Shown: piece after piece, positions 22,715 through 33,853 of the stretch | Layout: each line of letters opens with the position of its first letter | How positions within the stretch are numbered: position 1 is the first letter of the stretch | From: an uncultured bacterium | GTDB taxonomy: Bacteria > Babelota > Babeliae > Babelales > Vermiphilaceae | DNA: 64,000 nucleotides | Direction: 5' to 3' | NCBI GenBank assembly: GCA_963702025.1 | Contig: OY969699.1 | Coordinates: 800,001 to 864,000 of the forward strand | The notes under the pieces: generated by a model | Databases searched by the model: none | Seen by the model: only the letters and a program-made list of their open reading frames with translations | Told to the model about the DNA's origin: nothing | Made by a program: the position numbers and the translations under genes

Positions 22715-23092
22715 TTATTCTACCGGTTTATAGTCGTATAACCCTTGTTGGACCGCATGCAAAAAAAGAAGGGCACATTTTAACCGATTGAGGCCCAATT
22801 GAATGCCAATTAAGCGGCGCACATCATCGGCAGTAAGTGCCATAATAAAAGAAATGGGCTTATCTTTAATGAGTTCGCACATCATAGAAGCAGTGGCTTG
22901 GCTTATAATGCAGCCAGCCCCATCAAATGCTATTTGGTTAATGCAATTTTGAGTAATGATAGCCTGGAAGGAGACCTGATCACCACAGGAAGGATTGTGC
23001 ATTGCTGATATCACAGTAGGGTGGCTCAATGCCCCCTTATAGCGGGGGAAGCGATAATGATCCAATAATTCTTCTTTGTACAAGATTTCCAT
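22715..23092 (-). CDS. sufU: SufU/IscU-type Fe-S scaffold/sulfur transfer protein
   Basis: LDHYRFPR, NPSCGD, GCIISQA, RLKCALL. Confidence 0.9.
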   Translation of the reverse strand: MEILYKEELLDHYRFPRYKGALSHPTVISAMHNPSCGDQVSFQAIITQNCINQIAFDGAGCIISQATASMMCELIKDKPISFIMALTADDVRRLIGIQLGLNRLKCALLFLHAVQQGLYDYKPVE

Positions 23093-23224
23093 GAGTTTTC
23101 CGTTATAAGAGGCTCTTTTTTAGCGTAATAGATTGGCCATTATCGTCAAGACTTTTATTTAACATGAATTCAACCTAAGAATTTAAAAAAAGGCACTCTC
23201 TGGCAAAAGAAACTATGGGTAAGG

Positions 23225-23348
23225 CCGCTCGTGGTGAGTAGAAATCGTAAGATTTCGTATCGAACCATGCGGCCTTTAAAGATGAATATTTATAAGACCC
23301 GCATGGATTCGATACACTCGCTATGCTCGTTACTCACCACGAGCGGGG
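23225..23348. repeat. Inverted pair of REP-like hairpins
   Basis: ccgctcgtggtgagt...tatcgaaccatgcgg / ccgcatggattcgatac...actcaccacgagcgg. Confidence 0.85.
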
Positions 23349-23391
23349 TTTATGATTAACTTTTACAATTCTTAGCTCGAATTTGCATTAT

Positions 23392-23805
23392 TCAAGAATC
23401 TAAAACCTGCCCGATAGCGTCCCACTGCTCTTGAGTAATTGTTTTAGGGTCTCTGCTCTGTACAAAGGTGGTAACTAACCCAGGTGACCATGATAGAATC
23501 GTTCTTGGGCTGATATTACCCAAAAAGTCTGCTTTTTCAGTATCAATTTGTGCTCGAATATATTTCCGATGCCATCCAATTGCTTCCAATTCATTACAGC
23601 TAAAACGGGTCCATCGTGATTGTTTAATATAACTCTCAAGCTGTTCTTTACTCATGGATAAAATATAAGAATGCTTTATCCTTTGATACTTTTTCTTATC
23701 AAGCGTTTCTTTAATCTGCTCTTTTGGTGTCATAGAAAAGAGGGGCATATTCAATGCGTATGCACAGAATATGCCCCTAAAATATAGTTTTCGCAACGAT
23801 ATCAT
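23392..23805 (-). CDS. Hypothetical secreted protein
   Basis: ORF in tandem with neighbours; signal-like N-terminus then Met. Confidence 0.6.
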   Translation of the reverse strand: MISLRKLYFRGIFCAYALNMPLFSMTPKEQIKETLDKKKYQRIKHSYILSMSKEQLESYIKQSRWTRFSCNELEAIGWHRKYIRAQIDTEKADFLGNISPRTILSWSPGLVTTFVQSRDPKTITQEQWDAIGQVLDS

Positions 23806-23813
23806 GCAATCGT

Positions 23814-24488
23814 TTATTTGCTTCGAGCCAATAGGCTTGATGCAGCGTTGCCAATTGCATAGGCAAGTTTTACTTGATACATATTGTTAGCAAACAGCGC
23901 TGCCCGACTCTTAAGAGTTGCATCTTTTTTCCAAAAACTATTGTCGCGGTAAGTTTTCCAACCGGCTTGAGTTAAATCCACTGCTTCCAAGGCAATAATC
24001 AAAGACTTGCGCGGGTTCGTCTGTATCCAGGCATGAAGATCATGCCCTTTTGCTTTCGCATAATCCCATGATTTGCAGAGCAGTGATCGATGGTGGTGAT
24101 GCTTACGCTTCTTATGTTCTCCAGAACTACCAGCAGAGTTATTTAATATTTGAGAAATACTGGTTCCGGAATTATTATTACTTTCTGATGTAGGAGTTTG
24201 ACTTACTTGCTCTTTACGAGTTGAAGAAGAGCCAAGCAAGTTTTCTATATCTTCTTTGGCTTGATCGACCTTATTTTCAAACTTGTTTTCAAGATTCTGC
24301 AGATCAGTCCCGGCAGCTTTCACTTTTGTTTTAACTTCGCTTTCAACATTCTGCGCTGCATTCTGAAGTGCAATCACTTCTTTTTCGACACCTTCTCGAA
24401 TTTCTTCAAGCGTTTCCATCGCATGAAGACCAACAGTCAATGCACCAAGAAGGAGCCCTAGAAGTGTATTTTTTACGAATAAATTCAT
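23814..24488 (-). CDS. Hypothetical secreted protein (coiled coil, basic/His tract)
   Basis: LHA|MET; HKKRKHHHHR NLS-like tract. Confidence 0.75.
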   Translation of the reverse strand: MNLFVKNTLLGLLLGALTVGLHAMETLEEIREGVEKEVIALQNAAQNVESEVKTKVKAAGTDLQNLENKFENKVDQAKEDIENLLGSSSTRKEQVSQTPTSESNNNSGTSISQILNNSAGSSGEHKKRKHHHHRSLLCKSWDYAKAKGHDLHAWIQTNPRKSLIIALEAVDLTQAGWKTYRDNSFWKKDATLKSRAALFANNMYQVKLAYAIGNAASSLLARSK

Positions 24489-24500
24489 TTACTTTTCCTT

Positions 24501-25022
24501 TTAGTTATTACGATTATATCGAACGCTCTTTTTTTGTTCTTTTTTAGCAGTTACTGCTTTATATATTTTATACGTAACATACGTAGCCAATGCAAGAGTT
24601 GCTGCCGCGGCCAGAACACCAACGGTTTTTTCTGTGGTTGTTAATTTGGACCAGCCACCATTTTTTTTGTCTTTAAGATACTTAACAACTGATAAATCAG
24701 CCACCGCACCGGAAAGATTATTATATTTTGTTGCAATAGAAGTTTTAATAGATTTAAAATAGCCATCTTTTTGGATTGGCAAAACGTCTTTTGGGCAATG
24801 ATTTGGGCAACCATCGTGGTTTGGCACCGCCGATTGGTTTGAAGGCGCTACCGGTGTAGATTGTATCACCACTACAGATCCTTTTGGCGCTGGCGGCACT
24901 ACCGGCGGATTGGATGGCGTAACTACCGGCGGAGTATTTGCTTCCATAGCCATGGTGTTACCATTGCTTGAAAGTAAAGCGATTGACAAAACAGCTGAGG
25001 ATAACAAGAAAGATTTATTCAT
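24501..25022 (-). CDS. Hypothetical secreted Pro-rich protein with C-terminal TM
   Basis: TMA|MEA; PPVV repeats; TM followed by basic tail. Confidence 0.75.
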   Translation of the reverse strand: MNKSFLLSSAVLSIALLSSNGNTMAMEANTPPVVTPSNPPVVPPAPKGSVVVIQSTPVAPSNQSAVPNHDGCPNHCPKDVLPIQKDGYFKSIKTSIATKYNNLSGAVADLSVVKYLKDKKNGGWSKLTTTEKTVGVLAAAATLALATYVTYKIYKAVTAKKEQKKSVRYNRNN

Positions 25023-25329
25023 AATAAACCCTGAAGTAAAAAGGTGTTGTGATAATTATTTTCTAACTCGCATTACTATCAGTTTTTTTTGTAACTTTTT
25101 CTGAACAAAAAGTATAACGTATTATAAAAGACCTATTATTTATGTCAAATCTCACAAGCAACAAACAATAACTCTCTTTATATTCAAATTGAAATGATAA
25201 ATCAGCATAAAGCTTCGCTTATTATTATATTTTGCATAAAAATTAATTCATATGTTGCGATTTTTTACAAAAAATGTTTACACTAGGGTAAAAGAAACTC
25301 TTAATTGAAATGGAGTATAAAAACAAATT

Positions 25330-26199
25330 ATGAATACTGTGTTTAGTAAACCAATCTCTTTGCTTCTGGTGCTTTGCACCCTCGCAACCCCGCAACAAAG
25401 CCCTGCGGTTAACATTATTTGTGATTTAGGGGATGTACTGGTTGAAACACGAATGGCGCGCAGTTTTTGGAATATCGGCCCTTTTGCTATGGCCTATTAT
25501 GCAGCAACCCTTAAAAATCCGCTTAATTGCCATAAAAAACTTTTTGATCTTCTTGATGCAATAAAACCCCGCAACCCCCAAGAGCCGATGGTAAAAGATG
25601 GCCACAATCATGTTTTACCACAACTCATGAATGACTGGCTCAAAGGATCTATTTCCGGCAAAGAAATTCTTGAACTGGTTGACACAACGCCGGGGCAGTT
25701 TGATAACTGGGCCGAAGAGTCATTGGTTCGTGCCTTGGCACATATGATTTTTTCTAAAGAAATATTTGTAAGCACACGCTATTTAGTGCCTGATGGTGTA
25801 GCCTTTATACGCCATTGCAAGCAAGCGGGCCATAAACTCTACATTCTTTCAAATTGGGATCCGGCATCATTCACCATTATGCAAGAACGTTATGCAGATT
25901 TCTTTAATTTGTTTGATGGTATTATAATCTCGGGCGATGTGGGCATGTTAAAACCAGATCCGGCAATCTTTGCATATTTGCTGCAACGCTACAATTTAGA
26001 CCCCGTCAGAACGTTTTATATTGATGACCGCCCAGAAAATATTACAGCGGCACAGGAGTTTGGCATTCATGGATGCTTGTATGAAAAAAAATCCGGTCTG
26101 CTCTTCAAAACCTATGGTTTTCAAGAAGTCTGCAAAAAACTCAACAAATGGCTGCGATCAGACTATTTTCCAATATCTGCTCAGGATAACCGGGGTTAA
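25330..26199 (+). CDS. HAD-family phosphatase with signal peptide
   Basis: CDLGDVL, LSNW, KPDPAIF, YIDDRPEN. Confidence 0.85.
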   Translation: MNTVFSKPISLLLVLCTLATPQQSPAVNIICDLGDVLVETRMARSFWNIGPFAMAYYAATLKNPLNCHKKLFDLLDAIKPRNPQEPMVKDGHNHVLPQLMNDWLKGSISGKEILELVDTTPGQFDNWAEESLVRALAHMIFSKEIFVSTRYLVPDGVAFIRHCKQAGHKLYILSNWDPASFTIMQERYADFFNLFDGIIISGDVGMLKPDPAIFAYLLQRYNLDPVRTFYIDDRPENITAAQEFGIHGCLYEKKSGLLFKTYGFQEVCKKLNKWLRSDYFPISAQDNRG

Positions 26200-26847
26200 A
26201 ATCAGGGCTAAAAGTCCAGTAAATGCAAGTACCATTGAGAATGAAAAAATGTCGCTAGGCCCAGTAATGTTCATAAACTGTGTGCCGATATAGGCAAAAA
26301 CAATTGCTGATGGCAGTACGCCCAAAGCCGTTGTCCATATAAACGTCGAAAGTTTAATGGTGGTCATTGCGGCCAAGATGTTAACCAAGAAAAATGGAAC
26401 AAGCGGAATACACCGCAATAGTAGCAAATAAATCCATCCATTTTTATCGATCTTTTGATTAAAGTGATGTAACTTTTGCGCATATTTCTTTTGTATTAGG
26501 TCACCTATTACATACCGAATCATTAGAAAAAAAATAGTTGCACCAATGGTAGCCGCCACCACAATACACACGATACCCAAAAATAAGCCGAACAAAAAAC
26601 CACCCATAATATTTACCAGAGAAACGCCCGGCAAACTGCAGACAACAAGCCCAATATATCCCCCGATATAGCAGAGGATAGTTTTGCCTGTATTCAATTG
26701 TGCCTGCTCTTTGAGCCAGGCAGAATTACGTTTTATAGCATCAAACGAAAGCAACTTATAGGCGCCGCTCATCCAAAAAAGGATGATAAAAATAAATAAC
26801 AATACTACTATAACTATGCGCTTTTTAAAAAGTTTACTACTGTACAC
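26158..26847 (-). CDS. DedA/TVP38 (VTT domain) membrane protein
   Basis: GGFLFG, LRCIPLVPFFLVN. Confidence 0.9.
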   Translation of the reverse strand: MYSSKLFKKRIVIVVLLFIFIILFWMSGAYKLLSFDAIKRNSAWLKEQAQLNTGKTILCYIGGYIGLVVCSLPGVSLVNIMGGFLFGLFLGIVCIVVAATIGATIFFLMIRYVIGDLIQKKYAQKLHHFNQKIDKNGWIYLLLLRCIPLVPFFLVNILAAMTTIKLSTFIWTTALGVLPSAIVFAYIGTQFMNITGPSDIFSFSMVLAFTGLLALILTPVILSRYWKIV

Positions 26848-27529
26848 GAAATAGTCCTTTTATTTTCTCAATAAAAAATGGGGCTAGTGAAATGAGTGCA
26901 AGAATGGCCAATAACGTAATAATGGTCGGCGAAAAAATATCCTTATATGACCGCATTAAACTTAATTGCCGTCCGGCCAACGCACATAAAAAGTTCAATG
27001 GAAAAGTACCTACAATGGTAACCCACAACACCGTCTTGAAGGGAATATTTGCCATCGCCGCAACCAAATTAATTAAAAATAATGGTATCACCGAAAGAAA
27101 ATGGAGCACCAATAAATAGCCGGGCCCATATTTTTGTATCCGAGCCAGAAACTTGTCAACCTGGGCGCTATGCCAGTCTTTAACAAAACTTCCAAAAACA
27201 TATCTGAGTGCCAGAAATGAAATAATTGAACCGAGCAAACAGCTTATACCCGCATAGATTACACCAAAAAATATGCCGTATAAAAAACCACCCAGCAATG
27301 CAAAGGGCATAACCACCGGCAAAGCACAGGCGAGTGCCATGGTAAACAATGATATGTAGACCAACACCGAAAAAAAATAATGCCGTTGCACAAAACTGCT
27401 CAAAATTTTATTGTGTTCTTGCAACTGTTTTAACTCGAAATACTCATTAAGGCGAAAATAGTAAAAGAGCGAAATAAAGGCTATCACCAGTGCGCAGAGA
27501 ATAACAATTTTTTTTAAAGAGATCTTCAT
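26837..27529 (-). CDS. DedA/TVP38 (VTT domain) membrane protein, tandem paralogue
   Basis: GGFLYG, VIPLFLINL. Confidence 0.88.
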   Translation of the reverse strand: MKISLKKIVILCALVIAFISLFYYFRLNEYFELKQLQEHNKILSSFVQRHYFFSVLVYISLFTMALACALPVVMPFALLGGFLYGIFFGVIYAGISCLLGSIISFLALRYVFGSFVKDWHSAQVDKFLARIQKYGPGYLLVLHFLSVIPLFLINLVAAMANIPFKTVLWVTIVGTFPLNFLCALAGRQLSLMRSYKDIFSPTIITLLAILALISLAPFFIEKIKGLFRVQ

Positions 27530-27622
27530 TCTATTCCTGTCTTTGAAAATGCTACTTTGGGATCATCACCTGATTTCTAGGTATTTTTAGCATAATAGGT
27601 GAACAGCAAGAAAAACAAGGAG

Positions 27623-28171
27623 TTATTGCTCACAAAACTCTTCCTGCCCCTCCTCACTGCAGTAGATATTTACTAGATAATCTAAAAGACAACCAATGCA
27701 TCGTTTGATAAATTGATTTTTGGCAACACTAAATGCAAATCCAGCTGACATTCCACCATCATTAATAATTGGCGGATACCACTCAGGCAATAACCGAATC
27801 ACTTGATGCGCAATGCAATCAAGAACCGCATACCGGACTAATTGCGCGGGAATTGCATCAACACCATAATAGGCGCCGGCCCAGACCGCTTGCGTGCCAT
27901 ATTCTATGCCATAATGCCGCGCATAAGCATCAACAAAAGTATTACCTGAGAGGGGCACCGCATAATCGACTCCATAGCCGAGCAACAATTTTGCCGCATC
28001 GTCCCAAGGGAAAAAGAGGGTTATAAGCAACTGCGCCATCGTTAGTTGCTGCACTATGGGAATGCATGAGATAAATCGTTTAACAGATTTTTGTTTGATC
28101 GGTACAGAAAAAGAAAGAACAGATTGTGAAAATCCAGTAACAGTAATAAGAAAAATGATGGTAGGCTTCAT
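27623..28171 (-). CDS. Hypothetical protein with signal peptide
   Basis: ORF in co-oriented run; hydrophobic N-terminus. Confidence 0.6.
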   Translation of the reverse strand: MKPTIIFLITVTGFSQSVLSFSVPIKQKSVKRFISCIPIVQQLTMAQLLITLFFPWDDAAKLLLGYGVDYAVPLSGNTFVDAYARHYGIEYGTQAVWAGAYYGVDAIPAQLVRYAVLDCIAHQVIRLLPEWYPPIINDGGMSAGFAFSVAKNQFIKRCIGCLLDYLVNIYCSEEGQEEFCEQ

Positions 28172-28181
28172 TACCTGCTAA

Positions 28182-28739
28182 CTAACTGAACTTGGCTGAA
28201 ATTACACTGCACGCATAATCTATTACGCCGTAGCCCACAAAGGCAGTAAATTGCCTATCTATTAATAATTGGCGATATGATTTATCTTTCAAAGCCAAAA
28301 TTTCAGGTTTTAATGCCGCAGTACCTAGTAGTAACACTTGATTACTAAGCACTTCTCCAGCTGTTTTTATAACGCAACGCTGTGCGAGAAATTGCATGGG
28401 CAATCGTGGCTCAATATATTTATTAATACCTATATACGTAGCTAAATTAAGTGACACAGTAGCCGCAAGCTTCTCATAATTTTTAGCATCAGCAGCAACG
28501 CCAGATTTTTCAAATAAATATTTAACAAGTCGCTTATTTACGTGTTCATATATCCCTAACTGAACATATAATGCAGCGACATACTTTATTAGGTCGATCT
28601 CTTTATTATCTTCGCTTTTTTGTTCTTTTTTTTGGTCACTCAGCGCCGCAATGCGACGCTGAGTAGATTCAGGAATTTCATTATTGCACAAGAGACTATT
28701 TGATATGATTAAGATGGTGAGTAACGCACGATGTTTCAT
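28182..28739 (-). CDS. Hypothetical protein with signal peptide
   Basis: ORF in co-oriented run; hydrophobic N-terminus. Confidence 0.65.
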   Translation of the reverse strand: MKHRALLTILIISNSLLCNNEIPESTQRRIAALSDQKKEQKSEDNKEIDLIKYVAALYVQLGIYEHVNKRLVKYLFEKSGVAADAKNYEKLAATVSLNLATYIGINKYIEPRLPMQFLAQRCVIKTAGEVLSNQVLLLGTAALKPEILALKDKSYRQLLIDRQFTAFVGYGVIDYACSVISAKFS

Positions 28740-28767
28740 ATGTTTTAATTATCCCTGCTGATTTCAT

Positions 28768-29385
28768 TTATTTTTTAACGAGCTTCAATGCAGTATCAAA
28801 AGTCCAATCATATCCCTTTACTAGTGCATAGGTTACGCTTCTATCAGCAACATAAGAAACCAAAGCAAAATACTTATGATGTTTTACTGCATGAGGAATC
28901 TGCACTGCATGCACAACTTTATGCAAAACGGGATCAATTATTTTTGTGCGCGCTGCTGCTACAACTTGTGCTCGCGCAAACTCATACAACTGGTCTTTTG
29001 CAACACCTGTTATTTGGTCCGTTGTGATTTTTCCATTACTATTTTTATTTTTTGCTTCTTGTAATGCAAGCGCAATTACGGCAGATTTTGCAATTACATC
29101 ATTGCTGGTAATTTCATAGCCACCAGGCAAAGAAATTAATTTCTTATTGGGAACAATATCATCAACAGCTTTCTCAATTTTCTCTTCATTTGAAAGGATT
29201 AAAATGGCAGTTGCAGCTTTATTAATTGCATGATCACCTTTCACTACTTCAATTTTTACTGAGGGCTCAAATTGACCCTTATGGTTAAACAGATGCGCAT
29301 TAAGGTGCGGATTAAACTCACCAAACATTGTGGGAGCAATAAATAATGTTCCTATTCCTATCACAATATAGTTATTATTCTTCAC
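28768..29385 (-). CDS. Hypothetical protein with signal peptide
   Basis: GTG start after AAAGGA; hydrophobic N-terminus. Confidence 0.7.
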   Translation of the reverse strand: MKNNNYIVIGIGTLFIAPTMFGEFNPHLNAHLFNHKGQFEPSVKIEVVKGDHAINKAATAILILSNEEKIEKAVDDIVPNKKLISLPGGYEITSNDVIAKSAVIALALQEAKNKNSNGKITTDQITGVAKDQLYEFARAQVVAAARTKIIDPVLHKVVHAVQIPHAVKHHKYFALVSYVADRSVTYALVKGYDWTFDTALKLVKK

Positions 29386-29416
29386 AAAAGTTTCCTTTCT
29401 ACAATAGGTTTTTCAA

Positions 29417-30628
29417 TTAATTAACTCTTAGCAGTGTAATGGCTTCTAAAAATTTCTCAACTTCTTCTTGAGTATTATAGACATGAAAGCTCGCGCGTAC
29501 CCAGGAAGATACTCGCATTTTTTTGGCCAATGGTTGTGCACAGTGGTTGCCCGCACGCACGGCAATGCCATAATTGCTTAAGTGGACAGCAACATCATGC
29601 GCATGCATTCCGTCAACAGTAAAACTTACCAAGTGCCCGCTTTTTTTAAGCTGCTCAACCGGTCCATAAATGCGAATCTTTGTATGTTCTGCCAGACCTT
29701 CAATTAATTGCGCGCACAATAGCGCTTCATGACGAGCAAGTTCATCAAACGGCACATTTTTTTGCATATAATCTATTGCTGTCCCTAACCCAATCGCTTG
29801 CGCAATGGGCGGCGTTCCGGCTTCAAATTTCTGCGGCGACTTTTGCCAGGATGCTTTAAAATAGTCCGCTTCATACACCATGCCACCGCCAAACTGATAG
29901 GGCGGCACCTGGTCATGCAACTCTTTTTTTATATATAAAATACCAATACCGGTCGGCCCAAGAACTTTATGGCCCGAAAAAGCCAAAAAATCGCAATCCA
30001 TTTTTTTTACATCTATTTTTTGATGCGGCGCTGATTGAGCCGCGTCAATAAGCACACGCGCGCCAACAGCCCGTGCCGCAGCAATAATGGTGGCAACATC
30101 ATTATGAGTGCCCAATGCATTTGATACGTGAACCGCGCCAACCAGTTTTGTTCTATCGGTAATAATGTTTGATAAGGTATTCAGATCCAAAATTCCATCA
30201 GCCATTACCGGAATATACCGCAGCTCAGCATTATTTTTTTGTGCCAATTGTTGCCAGGGAATCATATTTGAGTGATGTTCCAACTGCGTTATTACGATAT
30301 TGTCACCCTTTTGTATTGTGTTGGCTCCCCATGAACCGGCAACAAAATTTATCCCATGCGTGGTGCCTTGGGTAAAAATGATCTCTTCCGGTTCAGCATT
30401 AAGGAAGGCCGCAACCTTTTTTCTGGCATTTTCATAGGCAGCAGTTGCCTGCTCGCCAAAATCATACATTGATCTATGAGTGGTGGCACAGTAATCATGA
30501 TAATAAGCAGAGACTGCATCAATAACCGCTTGAGGTTTTTGGCTCGTGGCCGCATTGTCAAAATAGATTAAGAGTTTGCCATTAACTTTTTGACGCAGCA
30601 TGGGAAAATCATTGCGATGATTATTCAT
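29417..30628 (-). CDS. sufS: Cysteine desulfurase SufS
   Basis: YFDNAATSQKP, FSGHK, RAGNHCAQP. Confidence 0.96.
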   Translation of the reverse strand: MNNHRNDFPMLRQKVNGKLLIYFDNAATSQKPQAVIDAVSAYYHDYCATTHRSMYDFGEQATAAYENARKKVAAFLNAEPEEIIFTQGTTHGINFVAGSWGANTIQKGDNIVITQLEHHSNMIPWQQLAQKNNAELRYIPVMADGILDLNTLSNIITDRTKLVGAVHVSNALGTHNDVATIIAAARAVGARVLIDAAQSAPHQKIDVKKMDCDFLAFSGHKVLGPTGIGILYIKKELHDQVPPYQFGGGMVYEADYFKASWQKSPQKFEAGTPPIAQAIGLGTAIDYMQKNVPFDELARHEALLCAQLIEGLAEHTKIRIYGPVEQLKKSGHLVSFTVDGMHAHDVAVHLSNYGIAVRAGNHCAQPLAKKMRVSSWVRASFHVYNTQEEVEKFLEAITLLRVN

Positions 30629-31329
30629 TGGTTCTCCTTGGATTCAGATTTGGCAACAAGTCTTTTAACCATATTATTGACACAATCTGCATCAAGATAG
30701 TCTTGGAACGTTTGATAAAAAAATCCTGCCAAGAATAGTTTTTTTGCCTGACTTTCAGGAATGCCCCGTGTTTGGGCATAATAAATATGTTCTTTGTTCA
30801 ACGGACCGACAGCGCTGCCATGAGCACACTGCACCCGATTAGTATCGATCTCTAATGCCGGAATGGATATTGCATGAGCACGATCACTGCAGATTATTGT
30901 TTTATTTTCCTGGCTGGCATTGGTATCATGCGCCACTTTCTTTACTTCAATGATACCTTGATACGTAACAGTTGCCGCATCGTTGGCCGTCCCATTAATC
31001 ACTAATGAACTGCGGCCATTTTTTCCTCGATGTTCTTGGCGCGTATTGATAGTATACCGCTGCTCATTTTCCAAGGCATATGCCCCCCGAATTATCGCGG
31101 TGGCATTATCCTCGAGAATGATGGTAATTGATACGGTGACGGCACTGCCACCGGTTATGATCGGAAAAAAATATAGTGTGCTATTCTCTAAGAGTCTAAA
31201 ATAAAAATCTGCGTGGTAATTCTGATTATCGGCGCACTCTATCTGGCATATAAATGCGCGCGATGAGTTAGCCTCCAGAATCCATTCATTTTTTTGCGTA
31301 AGTGGCGACGCGATATGTTCAATAATCAT
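30625..31329 (-). CDS. sufD: Fe-S assembly protein SufD (short)
   Basis: [24 protein letters not shown]. Confidence 0.88.
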   Translation of the reverse strand: MIIEHIASPLTQKNEWILEANSSRAFICQIECADNQNYHADFYFRLLENSTLYFFPIITGGSAVTVSITIILEDNATAIIRGAYALENEQRYTINTRQEHRGKNGRSSLVINGTANDAATVTYQGIIEVKKVAHDTNASQENKTIICSDRAHAISIPALEIDTNRVQCAHGSAVGPLNKEHIYYAQTRGIPESQAKKLFLAGFFYQTFQDYLDADCVNNMVKRLVAKSESKENQ

Positions 31330-32693
31330 CCGATGGATCCTTCCATTTCATGGGCTATGAGCCGATTTATTTCGACCGCATACTCCATCGGTAATTCTTT
31401 AACAAACGCATCAATAAATCCGTTCACAATCAATGCGCGGGCCATCACCTCATTTAAGCCCCTGCTCATTAAATAAAATATCTGCTCTTCACTGATTTTG
31501 CTCACCGTTGCCTCGTGCCCCATGTCGGCAGTCTGATTATCAACCACAACCGTGGGATAGGTATCAGAGCGAGAATGCTCGTCTAAAATAAGCGCATCGC
31601 ACTGCACCCGCGATTGGGCATTGTGTGCATTTTTGCCAATTTTTAACAGCCCCCGATAACTGGAGCGGCCGCCATTTTTACAGATCGATTTTGAAATAAT
31701 ATGGGACCGAGTATCAGCGCCCAGATGAATTACTTTTCCCCCCGCATCTTGATGTTGCCCCTTACCGGCTACGGCAATGGAAATAATTTGTGCTTTTGAG
31801 CGGGCCCCTTTTAAAATAACGCAGGGATATTTCATGGTCACTTTACTACCAAAATTACCATCGATCCATTCAATGGTGGCACCCTCGTGCGCCATGCCCC
31901 GTTTGGTTACCAAATTGTAGACATTATTCGACCAGTTCTGAATGGTGGTATATCGAATATGCGCATTATCGTGGGCAATCAACTCAACAACGGCGCTATG
32001 TAATGAACTTTTACGGTAGAGCGGCGCGCTGCAGCCTTCAACGTAATGCACAAAACTGCCCGGTTCAGCAATAATCAACGTGCGCTCAAACTGGCCCATG
32101 CTTGCCGCGTTGATGCGAAAATATGCCTGCAAAGGCATCTCAATCTGAACACCCTGCGGCACATAAACAAAACTACCACCACTCCAAACGGCAGAATTGA
32201 GCGCCGCAAATTTATTGTCGTGGGCCGGAATAATGGTCGCAAAATATTTTTGTACGAGTTCGGGATTATTTTTGAGCGCGGTACTCATATCGGTAAAAAT
32301 AACCCCCGCATCCGCCCACCTTTTTTGTAACCGTTTATAAATTACTTCCGATTCAAATTGCGCTCCAACACCCGCGAGAAATTTTTGTTCGGCTTGAGGA
32401 ATACCCAGTTTTTCAAAGGTTTTTTTGATCGAATCCGGCACCGTATCCCATGAGTTATGTTGATCCTCCAGTGGGCGTAAATAATAATAAATATCTGCCA
32501 TGTCCAAAGCACTTAGATCCGCTCCCCAGTTTGGTAGAGGCAAGCGTTCAAAAGTATCCAGTGCCCGAAGCCGAAAATCGGTCATCCAACCCGGCTCATT
32601 TTTTTGCTCTGAAATTTGTTCCACGATGGTGCGGTGCAACCCTTTTTCTACTTTAAAAAAAGGCTCATTTTGATTATAAGCAGATTCCATCAT
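31326..32693 (-). CDS. sufB: Fe-S assembly protein SufB
   Basis: [34 protein letters not shown]. Confidence 0.97.
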   Translation of the reverse strand: MMESAYNQNEPFFKVEKGLHRTIVEQISEQKNEPGWMTDFRLRALDTFERLPLPNWGADLSALDMADIYYYLRPLEDQHNSWDTVPDSIKKTFEKLGIPQAEQKFLAGVGAQFESEVIYKRLQKRWADAGVIFTDMSTALKNNPELVQKYFATIIPAHDNKFAALNSAVWSGGSFVYVPQGVQIEMPLQAYFRINAASMGQFERTLIIAEPGSFVHYVEGCSAPLYRKSSLHSAVVELIAHDNAHIRYTTIQNWSNNVYNLVTKRGMAHEGATIEWIDGNFGSKVTMKYPCVILKGARSKAQIISIAVAGKGQHQDAGGKVIHLGADTRSHIISKSICKNGGRSSYRGLLKIGKNAHNAQSRVQCDALILDEHSRSDTYPTVVVDNQTADMGHEATVSKISEEQIFYLMSRGLNEVMARALIVNGFIDAFVKELPMEYAVEINRLIAHEMEGSIG

Positions 32694-33420
32694 ACCCCCG
32701 TTGCTCGATGAGCTGCGCCAGTTCTTTGGTGCCGGTTTTGATGAGTGTTCCTTTTTGCATCACGTGGACAGCATCCGGTTCTAGATAGCAAAGAAGACGT
32801 GGATAATGGGTGATGATAATAATGCTCATGTCGGGATCTTCCTGCCGCGCCACTGTGAGTGCCTGGGCAACAATCTTTATTCCATCAACATCGAGCCCCG
32901 AATCAATCTCGTCAAGAATTGCAACTTTTGGTTTGAGCATTAAAAGTTGAAGTAGTTCCAAACGCTTTTTCTCGCCGCCCGAAAAACCACAGTTGAGCGC
33001 ACGTTGAGCAAATGATTTATCAATACCCAATAAACCCATTTTTTCATCCAATGTTTTTTGGAACTCCTGCACCGGAAGTGGCTGATTGGTGAGCGCATAA
33101 CAAGATTGTTTAATAAAATTAAAAACCGTTACTCCCGGAATTTCAAAGGGATGCTGAAATGCCAAAAAAAGACCCTTCTGGGCTCGTTTGTCAGGAGCAA
33201 GATCATTAAGGTCCTCACCATTAAAAGTTATTTGCCCCGCATCAATCTGATAATTGGGATGACCCATCAGCGCATAGGCAAAGGTGCTCTTTCCCGAGCC
33301 ATTGGGCCCCATCAAAACATGGAGCGATCCGGGTGCAATCGCCAGATCCAATGAATGAAGAATCTTTTGTTGATCGATAGAGACTGAAAGGCTTGAGATT
33401 TTAATCAATTGATCTCCCAT
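32674..33420 (-). CDS. sufC: Fe-S assembly ATPase SufC
   Basis: [26 protein letters not shown]. Confidence 0.96.
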   Translation of the reverse strand: MGDQLIKISSLSVSIDQQKILHSLDLAIAPGSLHVLMGPNGSGKSTFAYALMGHPNYQIDAGQITFNGEDLNDLAPDKRAQKGLFLAFQHPFEIPGVTVFNFIKQSCYALTNQPLPVQEFQKTLDEKMGLLGIDKSFAQRALNCGFSGGEKKRLELLQLLMLKPKVAILDEIDSGLDVDGIKIVAQALTVARQEDPDMSIIIITHYPRLLCYLEPDAVHVMQKGTLIKTGTKELAQLIEQRGYDGICL

Positions 33421-33770
33421 GGCAACCTTCTTTGTTCATTATATACACCGAATTTGTACCCCGCCACAAATGATACCACCAGTGCCGAAATCGCAGTAGC
33501 AATATAATAACGCTGAAAAAAAGGCACTTGCAAATCAATGATTCTTTCGGTGAGATCTTGCGTTGCCTGAGCATCATTTTTTTGTTTTGCTGCTTTACGC
33601 TCTAATTTCAAGCTCTTAATAGTTTCAGGAGCTGCTTTTTGAGAGCCATCTGTTTGCTCCTTGGTAAAAATGGCCAAGAGTTTTGAAAGAGATGCCAATG
33701 AAGGTTGACTGGCCATGCCAACTAGAGGTATACCAATAAAAAGAAGAAAAACAAAAATATAAGGTTTCAT
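33405..33770 (-). CDS. Hypothetical secreted/membrane protein
   Basis: Signal peptide then MAS; C-terminal TM. Confidence 0.65.
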   Translation of the reverse strand: MKPYIFVFLLFIGIPLVGMASQPSLASLSKLLAIFTKEQTDGSQKAAPETIKSLKLERKAAKQKNDAQATQDLTERIIDLQVPFFQRYYIATAISALVVSFVAGYKFGVYNEQRRLPWEIN

Positions 33771-33853
33771 TTTTTATAATTCCTGACTCAAAAGACAAAA
33801 AAGTGCTTTATTTGTAGTATAAAAGCCTTTTACATAAAATCTAGGAGAGATCT

